Origin: Phoronis australis | Lineage: Eukaryota; Animalia; Phoronida | Assembly (NCBI GenBank): GCA_002633005.1 | Contig: NMRA01000136.1 | Coordinates: forward strand, 542,967-606,966 | Length of the DNA: 64,000 nt | Direction of reading: 5' to 3' | Part shown: one piece after another, positions 1 to 13,233 of the stretch | Layout: each line of letters starts with the position of its first letter | Numbering within the stretch: the stretch's first letter is position 1 | Notes under the pieces: model-generated | The model's input: the letters and a program-made list of their open reading frames with translations, nothing else | What the model was told of the DNA's origin: nothing | Database searches by the model: none | Translations under genes and position numbers: made by a program

Positions 1-265
1 CCCTCCCTCTCTTCCTTTCTCACCCCTCTCTCTGAGGATTGAATTCTCGCGTTTAATTACAACTTCAGGGCCATGAAATTTTCTCGTCACCCTACGTTTT
101 GGTTAATTTATCACTGTCTCCAGACGTCCAGCTGTTGTGCCCGAACACACCCTTTTGAGCTACTCTTGAAATTAACTGAGAAACTCCTTGTCGACGGGTA
201 TAAGTCCGCACTATTGAGTCTGTAACCTCAAGATGGTCTACTGAGACCTTGTTGTTTCTTTTCAG

Positions 266-394
266 GTGACCAAATTTGGTGTATTCGCTTGCGGACCTAC
301 TGTTATGTCAAAGACCGTAAGGACCGCATGTTCTCAACATAATGGAAACTCGGACGTGTCATTCGAGTTTCATGACGAAATATTCAATAATTGA
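266..394 (+). CDS. DUOX: Terminal coding exon of an upstream DUOX paralog or duplicated 3' end
   Basis: Acceptor ttttcag, then VTKFGVFACGPTVMSKTVRTACSQHNGNSDVSFEFHDEIFNN*. Same length (129 nt) and colinear with the terminal exon at 52133-52261. Whether it is used is unknown. Confidence 0.8.
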   Translation: MTKFGVFACGPTVMSKTVRTACSQHNGNSDVSFEFHDEIFNN

Positions 395-814
395 CCAATT
401 TGTAATCAACACATATTTTTCTGTTCGCCAATAATTTTCCACCCACCATATCGACCTTTAATTAATTTCACAATCATTTCGTTCGTTGTCTTTGTTAAGC
501 TCTTCAGGCAACTTATTTTAAAATGTTCTATTCAAGTTTTGTAACTGACGTCATTCTAGTCGAGCTCTAAGTGCGACAGTGCCTTTATATAGAAACCCAG
601 AAGTAAAGTGTGTTAACATCAAAATGGACACTCAGATGCGACATTGGAGGTTTATGACACAATATTCAGGCAGTTTGCTAAACTGTTTTCTAAAATCCTC
701 AAAGCTCTTGCAAACAAAGAAATAATTGAAAATAATTCGCAAATAGTTAAAAATAAATTATTAAAGTTGTGGAGATCAATCAACGGCGCAAAAGTCGAAG
801 CTTAAGCACAAATA

Positions 815-990
815 ATACTATTCACAGACCACATTATACGCAGGCTATATTATACAAAGACCACACTATGAGCAGACCAGACTATAATGCGACTACATTG
901 TACGCATATAACATTATAACCAGATCACATTGTGCGCAGACTATAATATACACAGACCACACTGTATGGACCTGCCATGATACTACAAGT
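815..990. repeat. Degenerate short-period tandem repeat (cagaccacattata-like)
   Basis: Recurrent cagac-cac/tac-a(t/c)tatac motif. Related tracts at ~57825-58070 and ~60575-60750. Confidence 0.6.
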
Positions 991-1049
991 TCATTAACAG
1001 ATCGTAGGCTTTTGTGAAAGATGAAGAAAGGCAATTTACGATGGACTAA

Positions 1050-2200
1050 TTAGACATAGCCTATGCGTGCCACCATGCTCAGAAACACACGCCAGGCGAG
1101 ACTGTGGCTACGGGGAGATGGAAAGTTCCGGTTTCCAGAGATTTCACACCGAAAGTGAAGGAAGCAGGAAGAAATCTCGGATAGCATATAGTCAAGATAA
1201 GAAAAAAGTAAGGGGGTGGGGCTAACGTACGAGAAGCCGGTGAGAAGGGTCAAAAGAAATACATGCGAAATTGTAGAGTGCTCAGCTGATAGCTCGCGTA
1301 GTCGTCAGTAGAAGGGATTTGGTAAAGACTCAAGCCTAAGCACTGTGTGTATAAGCAGGGCCGAAGCGTTCTTTCGTGCTTTCTTTCAAAAAACAAGGTT
1401 TGATTTAGACCGCTTACCTTTATAAAAGTGGCTTTGTCATGTTCCTTACTAAATTTAGAGGAGAATTTCGGGATTGTTGAAAACTTAAGTTTCGGTATTT
1501 GTTTGATTAAGCTCATAAAACATCATGTCCCGTCTTCAAATCACACTTACTTTGACTAAAAACAGTTTCCGAACAGTAGCCTAAATCAAGCTTGGTTTCT
1601 TCATCGAAAGCACGAGTTTAATGCCACTTTTAAACACACACTGGCTGGTAGACGTGAGGATATATAGCTGGAACATTAACGGCATGGACTTTTAAAAGAA
1701 CTACTTTCGCTGCTTTGATATTCAGGAAACACGGAGAAACAGTTTAGATCATTTTCAATTGTATGATTACACTACATGTGCAAAAAATAAGTCGTAGGGA
1801 GCAATCTGTTATTCAGACAGCATTTTGCTAATGTGAAAGAAAATGTTGTACCATCTACCTCGTTGCAAGAGCCCTACTATCCAAATGTTCTCTGGCTGAG
1901 ATTTTAGTTAGTCAACTGGTTTGAAATATTGACTGAATAAAGCTCGCCACGACGTCACACGCCCAAGTCAACTGTGCATTGGTTTAAAAATGCCTAACGA
2001 CAAGAGAAATTGAAAGCGGTCCTAGCCAAGTAGAATCTTCGTTTGTGCGGAAACGTACTTTATTCAGTCAAAACGATTACCAGACGGATGAAATTATTAA
2101 ATGGTCTGCCCCACACACTACAGCACCAGTCTATGTTTTACCCAAAAGGTCAAGTATATTTTCTGATAACTTGGTCTTTCATCATTTAGTGTTCGACATA
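1050..2200 (+). mobile_element. Highly degenerate non-LTR retrotransposon 5' portion (ORF1 C-terminus and APE endonuclease start)
   Basis: Manual translation gives RDFTPKVKEAGRNLG (~1135-1180, ORF1-like), IYSWNINGMD (~1660-1690) and QET (APE motifs), with many frameshifts. Second copy at ~60810-61870. Confidence 0.45.
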
Positions 2201-2709
2201 TAGAAAAATTTAAAAAAAAAATCAACGGTTTGATAATAAAGAAAACGATACTCTCGGCTATGATGGCGGAATCATGTGCGCTTAACCATCAGAATACCTG
2301 CGTTTGCGTCGACGTTGACCACGTTGAAACTAGGTGCAAAGGCAATGGCGCATGCAGGACAAGTCGGACACATTTTCAATACTTCGGGGTCAGTGACGAG
2401 CATTCGAAAAGATCGATGCTTTACTTATCTGTGGTGAGGTGCAAATAAGGGATCAGAAAAATACTTTAACTCTTCCTCCACAGGAGGAGATCCATGATCC
2501 TTGCGAGAACAAATACGTATAAATACTGTTACAATACTTAGTCTCTTATCTACAAGAACAGAGCACAGAGCACCAAATTTGATAAATGTTTCAAAGAGAT
2601 ACTAAAGCAGGGGCACAGTATCATGTTATAAACACGGCACCATGCTAGCGGCGGTCGGAGAGCCGTATTTGTGAGTCTGGTCGCGAGTTTGTGAGTCGGT
2701 GAAGTGTCC

Positions 2710-4560
2710 ATGAGAGAAGAAAACGGAAGATCATTTATGTAAATTAAGTAGAGAAGCGGGCGAAGGCAAAGCCCTGGGGATCTCCAGTAGATATTGGTAA
2801 GCAACTGGAAGTTGAATCTCTCAGTGAAACATATTAGGTGCGGTTTGAGAGATACATTTTAAACAGTGTATATCCAATTCCAGTAATACCTTTATGATTC
2901 ATCTTTTGTAAGAGTATTTGGTGGTCGAAAGCTTTAGAGAAACCGAGAAAGAGGACCACGGGATTCATGTCATGATCAAGACGAGAACAAATGCGGTCTA
3001 AAAGTTCAAGCGAAACAAGTTCAGTAGAATGACATTTTGTGAAGCCATGTTGGTGTTTGTAAAGAATGTCATTTTCATTTAGGAAAGTTGAAAGTTGTGT
3101 ACATATAATTTTTTCTATAATTTTTGAGATTGTTTGGAAAATGGAAATGGGTCTATAATCCCCCGGATGCTTTGGGTCCTGATCATGTTGTTTAAAAACC
3201 GGGATTACCTTCGCAATCTTCAGAGCTTCTGGAAATGTACCAGTGTGCAAGCATTGGTTGATGATGGTCGCGAGAGGTTCAATTACAAAAACGGCTGCTT
3301 ATTTTGATTTTAGGTAATAAGTTATCATGACCAGTACTATTTTTGCGTCCATGTCTCTTATAATATCTAGTACATGTTTATTATTAATTAGTTTGAAAGA
3401 GAACCTAAATTTGTTTGCCGTGGGAAGATGGGCCGATTTGGGTAAAGTAGGTGTTGCATAAAATTGCCATTTCGGGTAGGTCACTGGTTTTAGTGTTATC
3501 TGGACGTAAGAGACATTCTGGGGTATCATTTTTTGTTCGTACGCCGTTGTTCATAACTGTTTTTATTGTATTCCATGTTTTTTATGTCAGACTTCTCTTT
3601 TTAAAATGTGTCATGATAGTAAGACTGCTTGGCAAAATCAATAGTTCTTTGAGAATCTTGTTGTATACTTTAAGATTGTTGTGGCATGTAGCGTAGGATT
3701 GTGTGTTGCGAGGGGTTGTCTTGGTTTGTTTGTCTCTGTAAACGAATGGAAATTAAGATGCCAGGTGTAACCCACGGAAATAATATAATACGGAAACTTT
3801 GCTTAATCGTAGCTTGTTGTGGCAATCGTTTGCAAAAAGTGATTTCACAGTAGAATCCAAATATTCCAACGTTTTGTCTCGAAACCTATGAAATTACATA
3901 ACTACATTGTTTACCCTAACGACAGAGCCGATTTACAAGCGCATTGGGTGCGTTTAAGAATTTTACGATGTGTCTCTGTTGTATTTAAGTATATAGAATG
4001 AATACACGATCTTCACATTATGAAAATATAACTGCATGTTTATCAGTTATGTCATTGGTTTACATGTGGTTTGCGCGCAAAGATTCACTTATCTAGAGGA
4101 TCTGAGTATGGTTTGACAATGTGTTTAGACTTACTTCATTGCAAAATATAAAATTTATATTCGAATTCCCGGTCTGTTAGGGGAATTTGCTTCTCCTTAA
4201 TTACAGCTGCTAAAGAGGTTTTAGTTCTAGAAGCGTCTCATCCCTAGACAAACGTCCTGGAGAGACAGGTATTGTGTATTGGTTTATAAACACTTCTTTA
4301 TCTTTTGTCTGTGCAAAAATCTCGCCAATTCCCAAGAATTTAGCTATGAGATTTCACACTTTGCTATTCTGTCCTATATCGGCTCATGTTTTATTTAACC
4401 CATTTCCAAGTTGTGAGACCAACAGACCAACATATTTGCCAGTGGTGCTCTGTTTATTTCGAAAACTTGCTTCAATATTTACACTTGTCTATCAAAGGAG
4501 ACTCGGCGATGCGCCACAATAGGTATCGGCCTGTTTAAATCTCGGTATTTGATTTTCACT
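2710..4560 (-). mobile_element. Degenerate CR1-group LINE (ORF1 end, APE remnant, reverse transcriptase)
   Basis: ORF 2834-3250 has FPEALKIAKVIPVFK, YRPISI, QHGF, STE and FSKAFD; PLLYLIYINDLP at ~2730-2770; stops and frameshifts throughout. Confidence 0.85.
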
Positions 4561-7500
4561 CCCATGTTTTGAATATTAATTGACTATGATCAACATTACC
4601 CAGTGTCCCTAAGCGGCGCGTGACTAGAATTTTAGAATCATCTCCTAACTCACGACGCGCCGTTCAACACCTGAAGCAGCAGGTAAGATGGTTCGATTCT
4701 GAATTGATCGCCTTTAGCTTGTAAGCATTTTTACATATTGATTACTTACATACTGTCGTTTTCTCAGCTCACTAGATATCATTACAAACTAACTTACGGT
4801 CGACTTTTAAGTCTTAAAAGATTGTGAGGTACAATAGCCATATGAAAGTTTCGAAGTTTGTCGCCTTGGTGAGCAAGTTTGCACTATATCTCCAATCTTG
4901 GATTTTCTCAGGAAATCTTTCCTTTCACAAACCCAGTTTGGCTCTTATTTTTAATTTCTTTTTGGCGTATTAATTCACTGTGAAATTCACAACTTCAAGT
5001 AATTTAGATATCTAGTCGGAATTTCCGCATTTCCACTTCGGACCGTTTTAAACTTGATGTTTCTTATCGCCTGTGGTTAGTTACGGTTGTGTGCAAATAA
5101 AGCATTTTAATCGCCTACTGTGAAGTACATTTCCTGGTTAAATCTGTTGCCAGTTTCCATTACATTGTTGACTAAGAGTGCGTAATATATTTTGGAGATT
5201 TTTGTCACCAATTGAGTTATTTTGTTTAAGTTAAAAACTTTCATGACCCTCTTGTCAGATGATGTCTTTACATTAAGTTGAAAAAAACACTAGCACCATT
5301 TAATTCCCAACCAGGGTTTATGTTATAAACACAGAAAAAAAACAAGTAACTGCAAGAAATGCGAAGTTTATCTTAACCGCTTGTGTAGCGAGTTGGGCGG
5401 CGTACCTTACAATTAGAATGTATAGTTCCATATATCCTCGCAGCACGTTATCCAAAAGATTATTGCCTTTTTGTAACCATTTTTCCATTTCCTGATCATG
5501 GGTGAATTTTAAAAGTGGATATATCTCTTAGCTGTATAAAGTAGTCAAGCTAAGCACCATTTTATTAACCTGTTTATCTTGCAGCGATGCTCAGCACATT
5601 CAAACTTATTGTAATTAATCAGAATGGCACCCCTCTAGAATTACTTTTGAAGGAGTTGAAGAAGTACATTCATAACCCCATGGAGTTTTCCCGTAAAGCA
5701 CTGCGAACCGAGAGTTTCACTACAAGCACTGGGGGATTTTTTTATGAGACTGAATGGCTCAAAATCGCGCACTATCGATACAAATGGACTTGGCTTTGAC
5801 AAATATTTGTATAGAGGGCTCATACGATGGCACAAAAATCGCAATCCATTTAGAATTTCATGTCTTAGAAGCGTATAGTAGTTGAGTTCAAGCAAGATCG
5901 ATATTTCATAGTAGATAACATTTAAAAAGGACGTTTGTCTTGCATTGCAACCGTGTAAACCGATGTAATGCACGCGTTATCAGAAGGATTTAGCTTTCCA
6001 TGGGATACCGCGGTGACGGGTGTTGTTATATTTCAGCTTCCAACTCGTAGGATAGCGCGCTGTTCATCTAAAGAATTCCGCTTTCACAAAACCTTGCTAT
6101 TTGTATTGAACGAGCTGCGTTGGATTACTATCATCCAACATTGCGTTGTTTGACGCAACGATTAGTTAACATAACACGATCGGTTTAACATAAGTGTGAA
6201 CCTCTAAACAAAACATTTACATTTTCTTTTTGATAAACGCTTCTTCATCATTTTAAATTTGATTTAGCCTTTTACAGGAATCGAAATGAATTAAAAGGCA
6301 CGATTTTTAGGGGTTTTTCACCAACCACTTTCCTCCATTGTATTTCTATTTCTGTCGATGATCTAGCACCGCCCAATGACCCAATTACACTTTCGGTAAT
6401 TTCCGCGATCGGCCGAGCACTACCGAGCGTTTAAAGGTTACCTCCATTTTTTGTAAAAGTCGACAGTCATTCATAGGACTTGTGAATTGAATCTGAAATA
6501 TACAAAAATGTAAGGAACAGCGTAATCTGACGAGAGTTTATATTTGCAAGCATAATAGACAGAAAGAGGCCGAATGATGCATGCATTCGGCTTTCGCAGT
6601 CCATTTCACTACCTCCAATCCTGGAAAGAGCTACAGCGGTGTCATATAGAGTTGCCACAAGCACCACAATAGCAACGCCTCACTATACTTCAATATACCA
6701 TAAACCAAGGGAAAACGAGCAGCAATATCTGACGACGATTTGCCCTTAACGCCATGGAGGATGGTTAATGCTGCGATTAGATGTGCCCAAGTCTTCGTAG
6801 TATGTATCGACCAATAAAAGCTCGTAAATCGCAAAACTTGGGAGATCAAAAATTGCTATTGCGTTCATTATTCCGAAAGTTTATTATTTTGAAAAAATCT
6901 AAAAAATTCTAGCCGGTTTTGCTTCTTTGAAAGTTTTTCATAACGCCTTGCTTTAATCAATGGCATTATCAATGTCAAATCCACCGCAGCCTCTAATTGG
7001 CCATTAAAAATACGGAATCATCGCACATCATGCTAATTTAAAAATCGGGAATGTTCTTAAAATAAACGGCTAACCCAGAAAAGTATTTTTCGTGCATGAC
7101 ATCAAGTAGCCTAACATGTTTGCCCACAAGTGTGAATCGTTTTATTGAGTCGTTGGTGGTTTCGGTGATCTCATTGTTAATTAAAATAGAATCCTACCTC
7201 AGTAAGGAATACTATGACACCGGGTATATGAGAATAAAAAGACCTACTGGATTGTCGGTTCTTAGCCAACTGAGCTCGGCGAAATGCCGCCAGAGCAATG
7301 GTGACGTTTATTTTTAAAGTTGCGCCAATTTATACCCGTGTATTGAAGCCGATTGAAACCCATTGTGTATTGTAATCAGTCTGCTCAACGATATAAGTCA
7401 CTTCATTAAAGCCTTCCTCGATCGGATTCCTGTTATTCAGGATGTATTGGCTACCCAACTATTCTTAGCGATGCTTAGTAACATAAGAAAATACGATTTT

Positions 7501-8067
7501 GTTCAAAAACACTCAATCGCAGGCACCTCAAATGAGGCGTGAAATAACCGTTTCTGCCATATTACGTCACTGGGAGAAAACGGCAACCAAAGAATGCAGC
7601 GCGGTTTTGAACATTCGCCTGTGCTCGTGTGGTAGAAGTACAGCCTGCCGCTGATACCAGAGCATACTGACTAGAACGCCAATATAGATGTAATTCTGTT
7701 CTTAGCAGGAATCTTGCGTTGACGTAGACGAAAGTCGGGCACTGAGCGGCCTAAGCCAAATCGTTCGATCATTACTATGACTGATCATTTTGCATTTTTA
7801 TTATTTCTGTCTGGTCATAGAATGGTGATATTATGTTTCAATTTAGTCAAACGTTCACGTAGCGTTTGCCATAGGTCAATGTTCTAACTCGAAATTGGGA
7901 TGAATTGTCCAAACGTCATGTAACACAAGACATCCGGTCACAACAACAAAGGATTAACCGTACATCCACCAACCATTACGTAGTAGACTAAGTTTACGTA
8001 ATATCAGCCACACATGTAGGTCAATATATGACTGAGAATGGGGATGAACTAAATCAACCAATCTTAA

Positions 8068-8504
8068 AGGAGAATGTCACCCGATTTAATTAGTTGTTTT
8101 TACCGTCTTAATCGGTCCCTATCCACGTCGCCTCTCATACGGTCGACCTCACTTTGCCGAGAGGTGTCGCGTTAACCTGTGAGGAAGGTGAGAAGCGACG
8201 CAGCGACGTCAGGGGTTCTTCTGCAGAGTGAATGCCGCTATATTGCGGTGTATCGGTTCCCGCTTGTCCGAACTATGAAGCTGCGAAGAAAGCGGGTACA
8301 TCGTTTTTTCGACTTCCTCGAGAGCCCGAAATGCTTAGGAAGTGGCTTGCGGTTGTAAAGAATGAAAGGTATGAGGCCGTCAAACATCTCCGTGTCTGTG
8401 GCCGGCATTTCGTCGACAGTAATTTCTCTGACGAATTCCTGCTTACCAAAGAACTATCCATACATTCCGTTGCCTATGAGGCTTCTGCAAGGTGATCATG
8501 TCCT
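8068..8504 (+). mobile_element. Kolobok-like mini DNA transposon (437 bp)
   Basis: TTAA at 8064-8067 and 8505-8508. Imperfect TIRs AGGAGAATGTCACC and, reverse-complemented, AGGACATGATCACC (10/14). Internal THAP ORF. Confidence 0.65.
8232..8495 (+). CDS. Stand-alone THAP zinc-finger domain ORF (87 aa), transposon-derived
   Basis: THAP C2CH signature: C..C, FFRLP, W, VCGRHF, NF. No transposase catalytic domain follows. Expression unknown. Confidence 0.7.
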   Translation: MPLYCGVSVPACPNYEAAKKAGTSFFRLPREPEMLRKWLAVVKNERYEAVKHLRVCGRHFVDSNFSDEFLLTKELSIHSVAYEASAR

Positions 8505-9387
8505 TTAAGAGTGCAAAATATTTTCTATTTCCCCAACTAGGCATCCCAATTTTTACGAGTACACGTTACGGTTTGATCTGTTGCTACCACCACTATTTCA
8601 GACATGTTTGACATCATAGGGACAATGATATTTCTTTCAGCTTTTAAGCTGTATAAAACACGTTAGTATGCCGCCACTTTTATAACCTTTAATTGGCTGG
8701 CCCTTCTCAAGGGCGATATTCTGTTGTTGCTTTGAGAAAATCTGTCAACCTGCCGGCAAATAAATGCGTGCTTTTATTTCCTTCCACCACAATTTCTTTA
8801 AGAAATTGTCCTTCGTAACTAAGGTGGTAGACAGAACCCGTCAGCATCAGAAACTTTGGTTTTGCTTCTTTTGTGTGGAGCAGGGCAATTACTGCATTAG
8901 CGATGACTACAAGGCAATAAAACACTGGAAGAAATAAACCAAACTATCATGGACTAAAACTGGTGTTTTTTTTCCATCAGACTGGCTTCCGAAATCGAAT
9001 TCTCCGTGAAAAAATGTTGGTATTGTCGTTCGTCTCAAAGAAATTCAATAAGTATTATCCAAATACGATGCCACTGTAGTTGTCCTTACGAAGAGAATGT
9101 GTTTACTGTAATGCTGGATACGTATGAGCGTCAACAATAAAGAATTTGTAACCTGATCCTAGAAACTCCTTTCACGTGGAGTTGAAACTGTACGCTGTAC
9201 AGTTTGACTATACCATAAAACTACTCATGTCAAAAAACACGGAAAGCACACAGGGACACTTCCATAAATTCTATTTTGCACATTTGATAGAATTCATTCA
9301 CACAATCCGAGAAAGAAGGCAAAGTGTATGAACCGTTTTCCTCTGTGTGACAAATACCATGTAAACTCTTGAAATATGAAGTCGCTT

Positions 9388-9548
9388 TCGTAAAATGTAA
9401 CATTGGTACATTTCTCGCATGTACATTCAACGTAAATTATAACAATTACATAAAATGCAAAAATTTTTTACATTTTAGGAGAGGCCTAACACCATAAAAT
9501 GTAACATGGACATAAAATGTAACAATTGTTACATTTTACGGCGTATCA
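9388..9548. repeat. Cluster of direct and inverted TAAAATGTAACA motifs, probably a non-autonomous DNA transposon end
   Basis: Several copies of taaaatgtaaca and its reverse complement ttacattttac. Confidence 0.5.
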
Positions 9549-10193
9549 AAGCGCTTCGTTTTCATAACACACGAAGTACGTAAGTTTACAAGGCATGCTT
9601 GTTTGGAAGTGTACAAGACAATAGGAAAAATGCAAATGCCGTCGTGCCTCACTTGAGCACATTTCTTACTTCCTTCTCTAACCGATATTTGTGAGTCTCA
9701 CACGATAAAAGGCGTGTTTATTTGAATAGCATTTTCTATGAAAAAGCAATGAATACATGTGGTAAACGACGTCGTTTTCATAACAAGAATTCATTTTCTA
9801 TGAAAAAGCGCCACCTGCCTCTCGTAGCCTTGGGAAAGAGTGTAGTGGGCCACCGGCTCATATTCTTAAATACACGACATCTATGATCTTGCACACAAGG
9901 CGCAGGACCGATTTCAATGTCGAAATGTTTCCTTTCGTATTGCTAGGCAGAAAAATGATAAAAAATTGACAATTTCCCATGGTCCGTAACCGAAAATTAA
10001 GATTAGCAGACGAAGTAAGTATCACCTCCGCAGGGAACTTCATAAGAAAATATCGGAGTTGTGAATCTGTTGTCTATAATCAGTACTTTTGTCAGTCATT
10101 CGCCCACACCCTGACAACTGGGGTACCAGAGCCGCGTTCCGCAGACCCAAGGCACTTGCGGCGAGAAATCTTTGATATGGCACTCTATTCCAT

Positions 10194-10435
10194 GGTCCTG
10201 TTCCAACAAAACCGACTTAGCTAAGACAAATCTTAGAGTTTAGTAAATTTTATAAAGCTAAATTTGTCTCAAAACCAATTCAAGAAAGAGAACTTAAGTT
10301 TGACTTAAGTGTTTGACATAAGTTGTCGTAATTTTTACTAACTTGCCGAATGTGGAAGTTTCAAAGTTTGGAAGTTAAGACAAATCTTAAACTTAAGTCA
10401 AAAATGAACTTAAGTCAATTTCTTGGAACAGGCCC
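10194..10435. mobile_element. MITE, PIF/Harbinger-like
   Basis: Imperfect TIRs GGTCCTGTTCCAACAAAACCGACTTA versus reverse complement GGGCCTGTTCCAAGAAATTGACTTA; internal acttaagt/agacaaat repeats; TSD unclear. Confidence 0.6.
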
Positions 10436-10959
10436 CCAGTCGACAACGCAGACCATCCACCTCAGTGGCCACCAGTTTGCTAGGATAAGCGAGTAAGCTC
10501 TCGAACATAGGTGGGAGACATTTGCTCTTCGCACCAATGATTTTGTGTCGTCTTGACTGATCTTGTTTTTTTGCTAGCCAGATTTCTACGCCTCGAAAAC
10601 ACAGCCCAGCGCCCGCGACCACCAAACTTTATTCAGTCCCTTTTAAATTATGTGCAGCCGATATGTGAAAACCAAAAGTAAACATCTTTTATAATCCAGT
10701 TAGTTTTCCCAAATGGTTTGACGCTGATTGTTGGGAAATGAGAGCCCCCAGCCGTGAAAATGGGGACTCGAATTTCTGTCGTTGTGGACCTTTTTCATGG
10801 CAAAAAGTTGGGAAGACTACAAAAAAAACACCCTTCAACTGTGCGTCTGCGTCTTTTTTAGTGGACTTTTGTCTCGTTTTCTCGGACTTTTTTGTTTCTC
10901 CGAGGCGAACCCCCCGAGCCCCCCCCCTAGGTGCGCGCAAGGAAAGCTGTCATTAGGCA

Positions 10960-13233
10960 TAAATTAAGTAAATTTAGACTCAGTATTGGAAAACAATAGA
11001 CGAACTACATATGTGCAAGCTAGAAGAGATTGTGGAAAGTTAAAAAAGTGAAATGGTTAGATTGTAACAGAAAACATTACATAAATTTGAAATCAGTTGC
11101 GGAGAGTAAAGACAACAAAACATTCCGGCGCACATTTAATATTGAGAAGAAAGGTGTAACGACGAATATTAAACCCGAGGAATGGTAAATTACTTCAGCT
11201 CTCTGTTTGAAGGCCGTTATTTTGTTACGAATTCGGAGTTCACTGAGTTTCATACGTTTATTGAGAACTCAATAAAAAATGACAACAATTCAAGTAATGC
11301 AATTGTTGATATGGAGCTGGACGCTGAGACGACAAAAGACGAAATTATACAAACCATCGTAGTATGAAAGACGGAACTTCGACAGGATGTGATAAAATTA
11401 GCATTGAATTCTACAAGTATGCTGATAAAAAGTTGGTAGATTGGCTGCTCCAGCTATACTTTTTTAAAAATGAGGTGTTTGCAAAAGAATGGACAAAATC
11501 CATTATAGTACCGATATTTCAGAGCGGTGACAAAATTCCTGAAAATTCAGAAGAATTTCCCTCATGCACGTCGCAGTCAAAATAATCGAAAAAATATTGT
11601 GGCAGCGAGTTAAAAAATGGTCGGAAACAGAAAACGTACATTTAATCAGTAGATCTCAAGTACGGTGGATCAAATGTTTGTTTTATAAACGCTAATAATT
11701 AAATACTTGTCACGAGAGAAAGGCAGATTCTATTGTGCTTTCGTGGATTTTAAAGCCGCTTTTGGCAGTATATATAGAAGCGCATTATTTTTTAAATTAA
11801 AGAACAATCGCATAGAAGGTAAGATGTATAAGATAATCAAAGCAATGTACACTGAAGTAAAAGCGTGTGTGATATTGAATAATGGGAGCTATATGGAGGT
11901 CTTTGATTGTCAGAATGGTCTAAAACAAGGCTCTCAGCTATCACCGTTTTTGTGTATTTTATTTATAAATGATTCGAGCAAGAATTAGAATACGGTGGCG
12001 GTGAACAAATTTCCATGGGATCAGATGAGTTATTGCATCTACAGTTTGCTGATAATTTGATTTATTTTCCTATAATGCAGAAAAAATGAATATTTTATTT
12101 GAGTATTGTCAGAAATGGAAATTGATTAAGACTAAGACAATTCTTTTTAGAAAAGGTGGAATGTTAAGATCGTATGAAAAATGGACATATGATGGGAATA
12201 CTGTTAATATTGTACATGCAAATAAATATTTAGGATTAGTGTTTATTACAAAAGGTTCGTGGTCTTTCGCACAAAAAACTCTATCATTACAGGCTGCTAA
12301 GACAGTGGATTTAGTGAGGAAAATGTCAATGGTTTTAAATTATTCGTTTGTAAGATACTGCCGATACTTCATTATTGCTGTGAGATCTCTGGGTTTTATT
12401 TAGGGCGAATGTATTGAAATAGTCCACACAAAATTTTATAAAGAAATTTTAAATTTGCCTAGCACGGCAATCTCATCGGCTGTTATAGGTGAGATGGGTC
12501 GTTACTCCTTGATTGCATACCGACTTCCTAGAATTATGAAATATTGGTTAAAACTATTAAAAACCGATACGTCAAAAATTACATATCATTGCTATGAATG
12601 GCAGTACAATATGACGGAAAATGTTGATAAACCGTGCTTGGTTAATGATGTTAAGAAATTGCTATTTCAGTTTAGTTTTGGAGCATGGTACAATCAGGGT
12701 GTAGGTTCCGAGACAAGCTTCATGTCACTTTTTAAACAAAGATGCAAAGATATTGATCAGCAAAAATGGCAAGAAATTTTGAACTGTTCGATTAAGCTGG
12801 AAACTTACAGAACTTTTAAGTTAAGCACATGTTTAGAAAATTTAGATGTGATTGACAATGTAAATGATAGATCTGATATGGTAAGATTAAGATGTTCAGC
12901 GCATGCACTAATGATTGAAAAGGGTAGACACTTGAAACTTAGCAGACCAGAAAGGTTATGCCCTCTCTGTGTTAGGACATGTCCATTCTACGATTACCTT
13001 AGGAAACGGTATTTGCCTGCATGAAGCTACTACAATCCCAATGTTACAAAATTCAACAGACTCATGACTACGGAGGAAAACTTATCTTATATGGCCAACA
13101 TGTAAATATGTTCATTTCGAAGTCAAGCAAAGAGCTCGTGTTACTTTTTGTGTTTGACACTTACCTGTATTGTATTTGATGATTTGATTGTAACAAAGGC
13201 CGGACGCCTAGTTATTGAATAAATAAATAAATA
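10960..13233 (+). mobile_element. 5'-truncated, frameshifted LINE ORF2 (RTE-X-like) with (AAAT)n tail
   Basis: FVDFKAAF, GLKQGSQLSPFL, YLGLVF and RLRCSAHALMIEKGRH..ERLCPLC across ORFs 11364-13024; aataaataaataaata at ~13218-13233. Confidence 0.88.
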
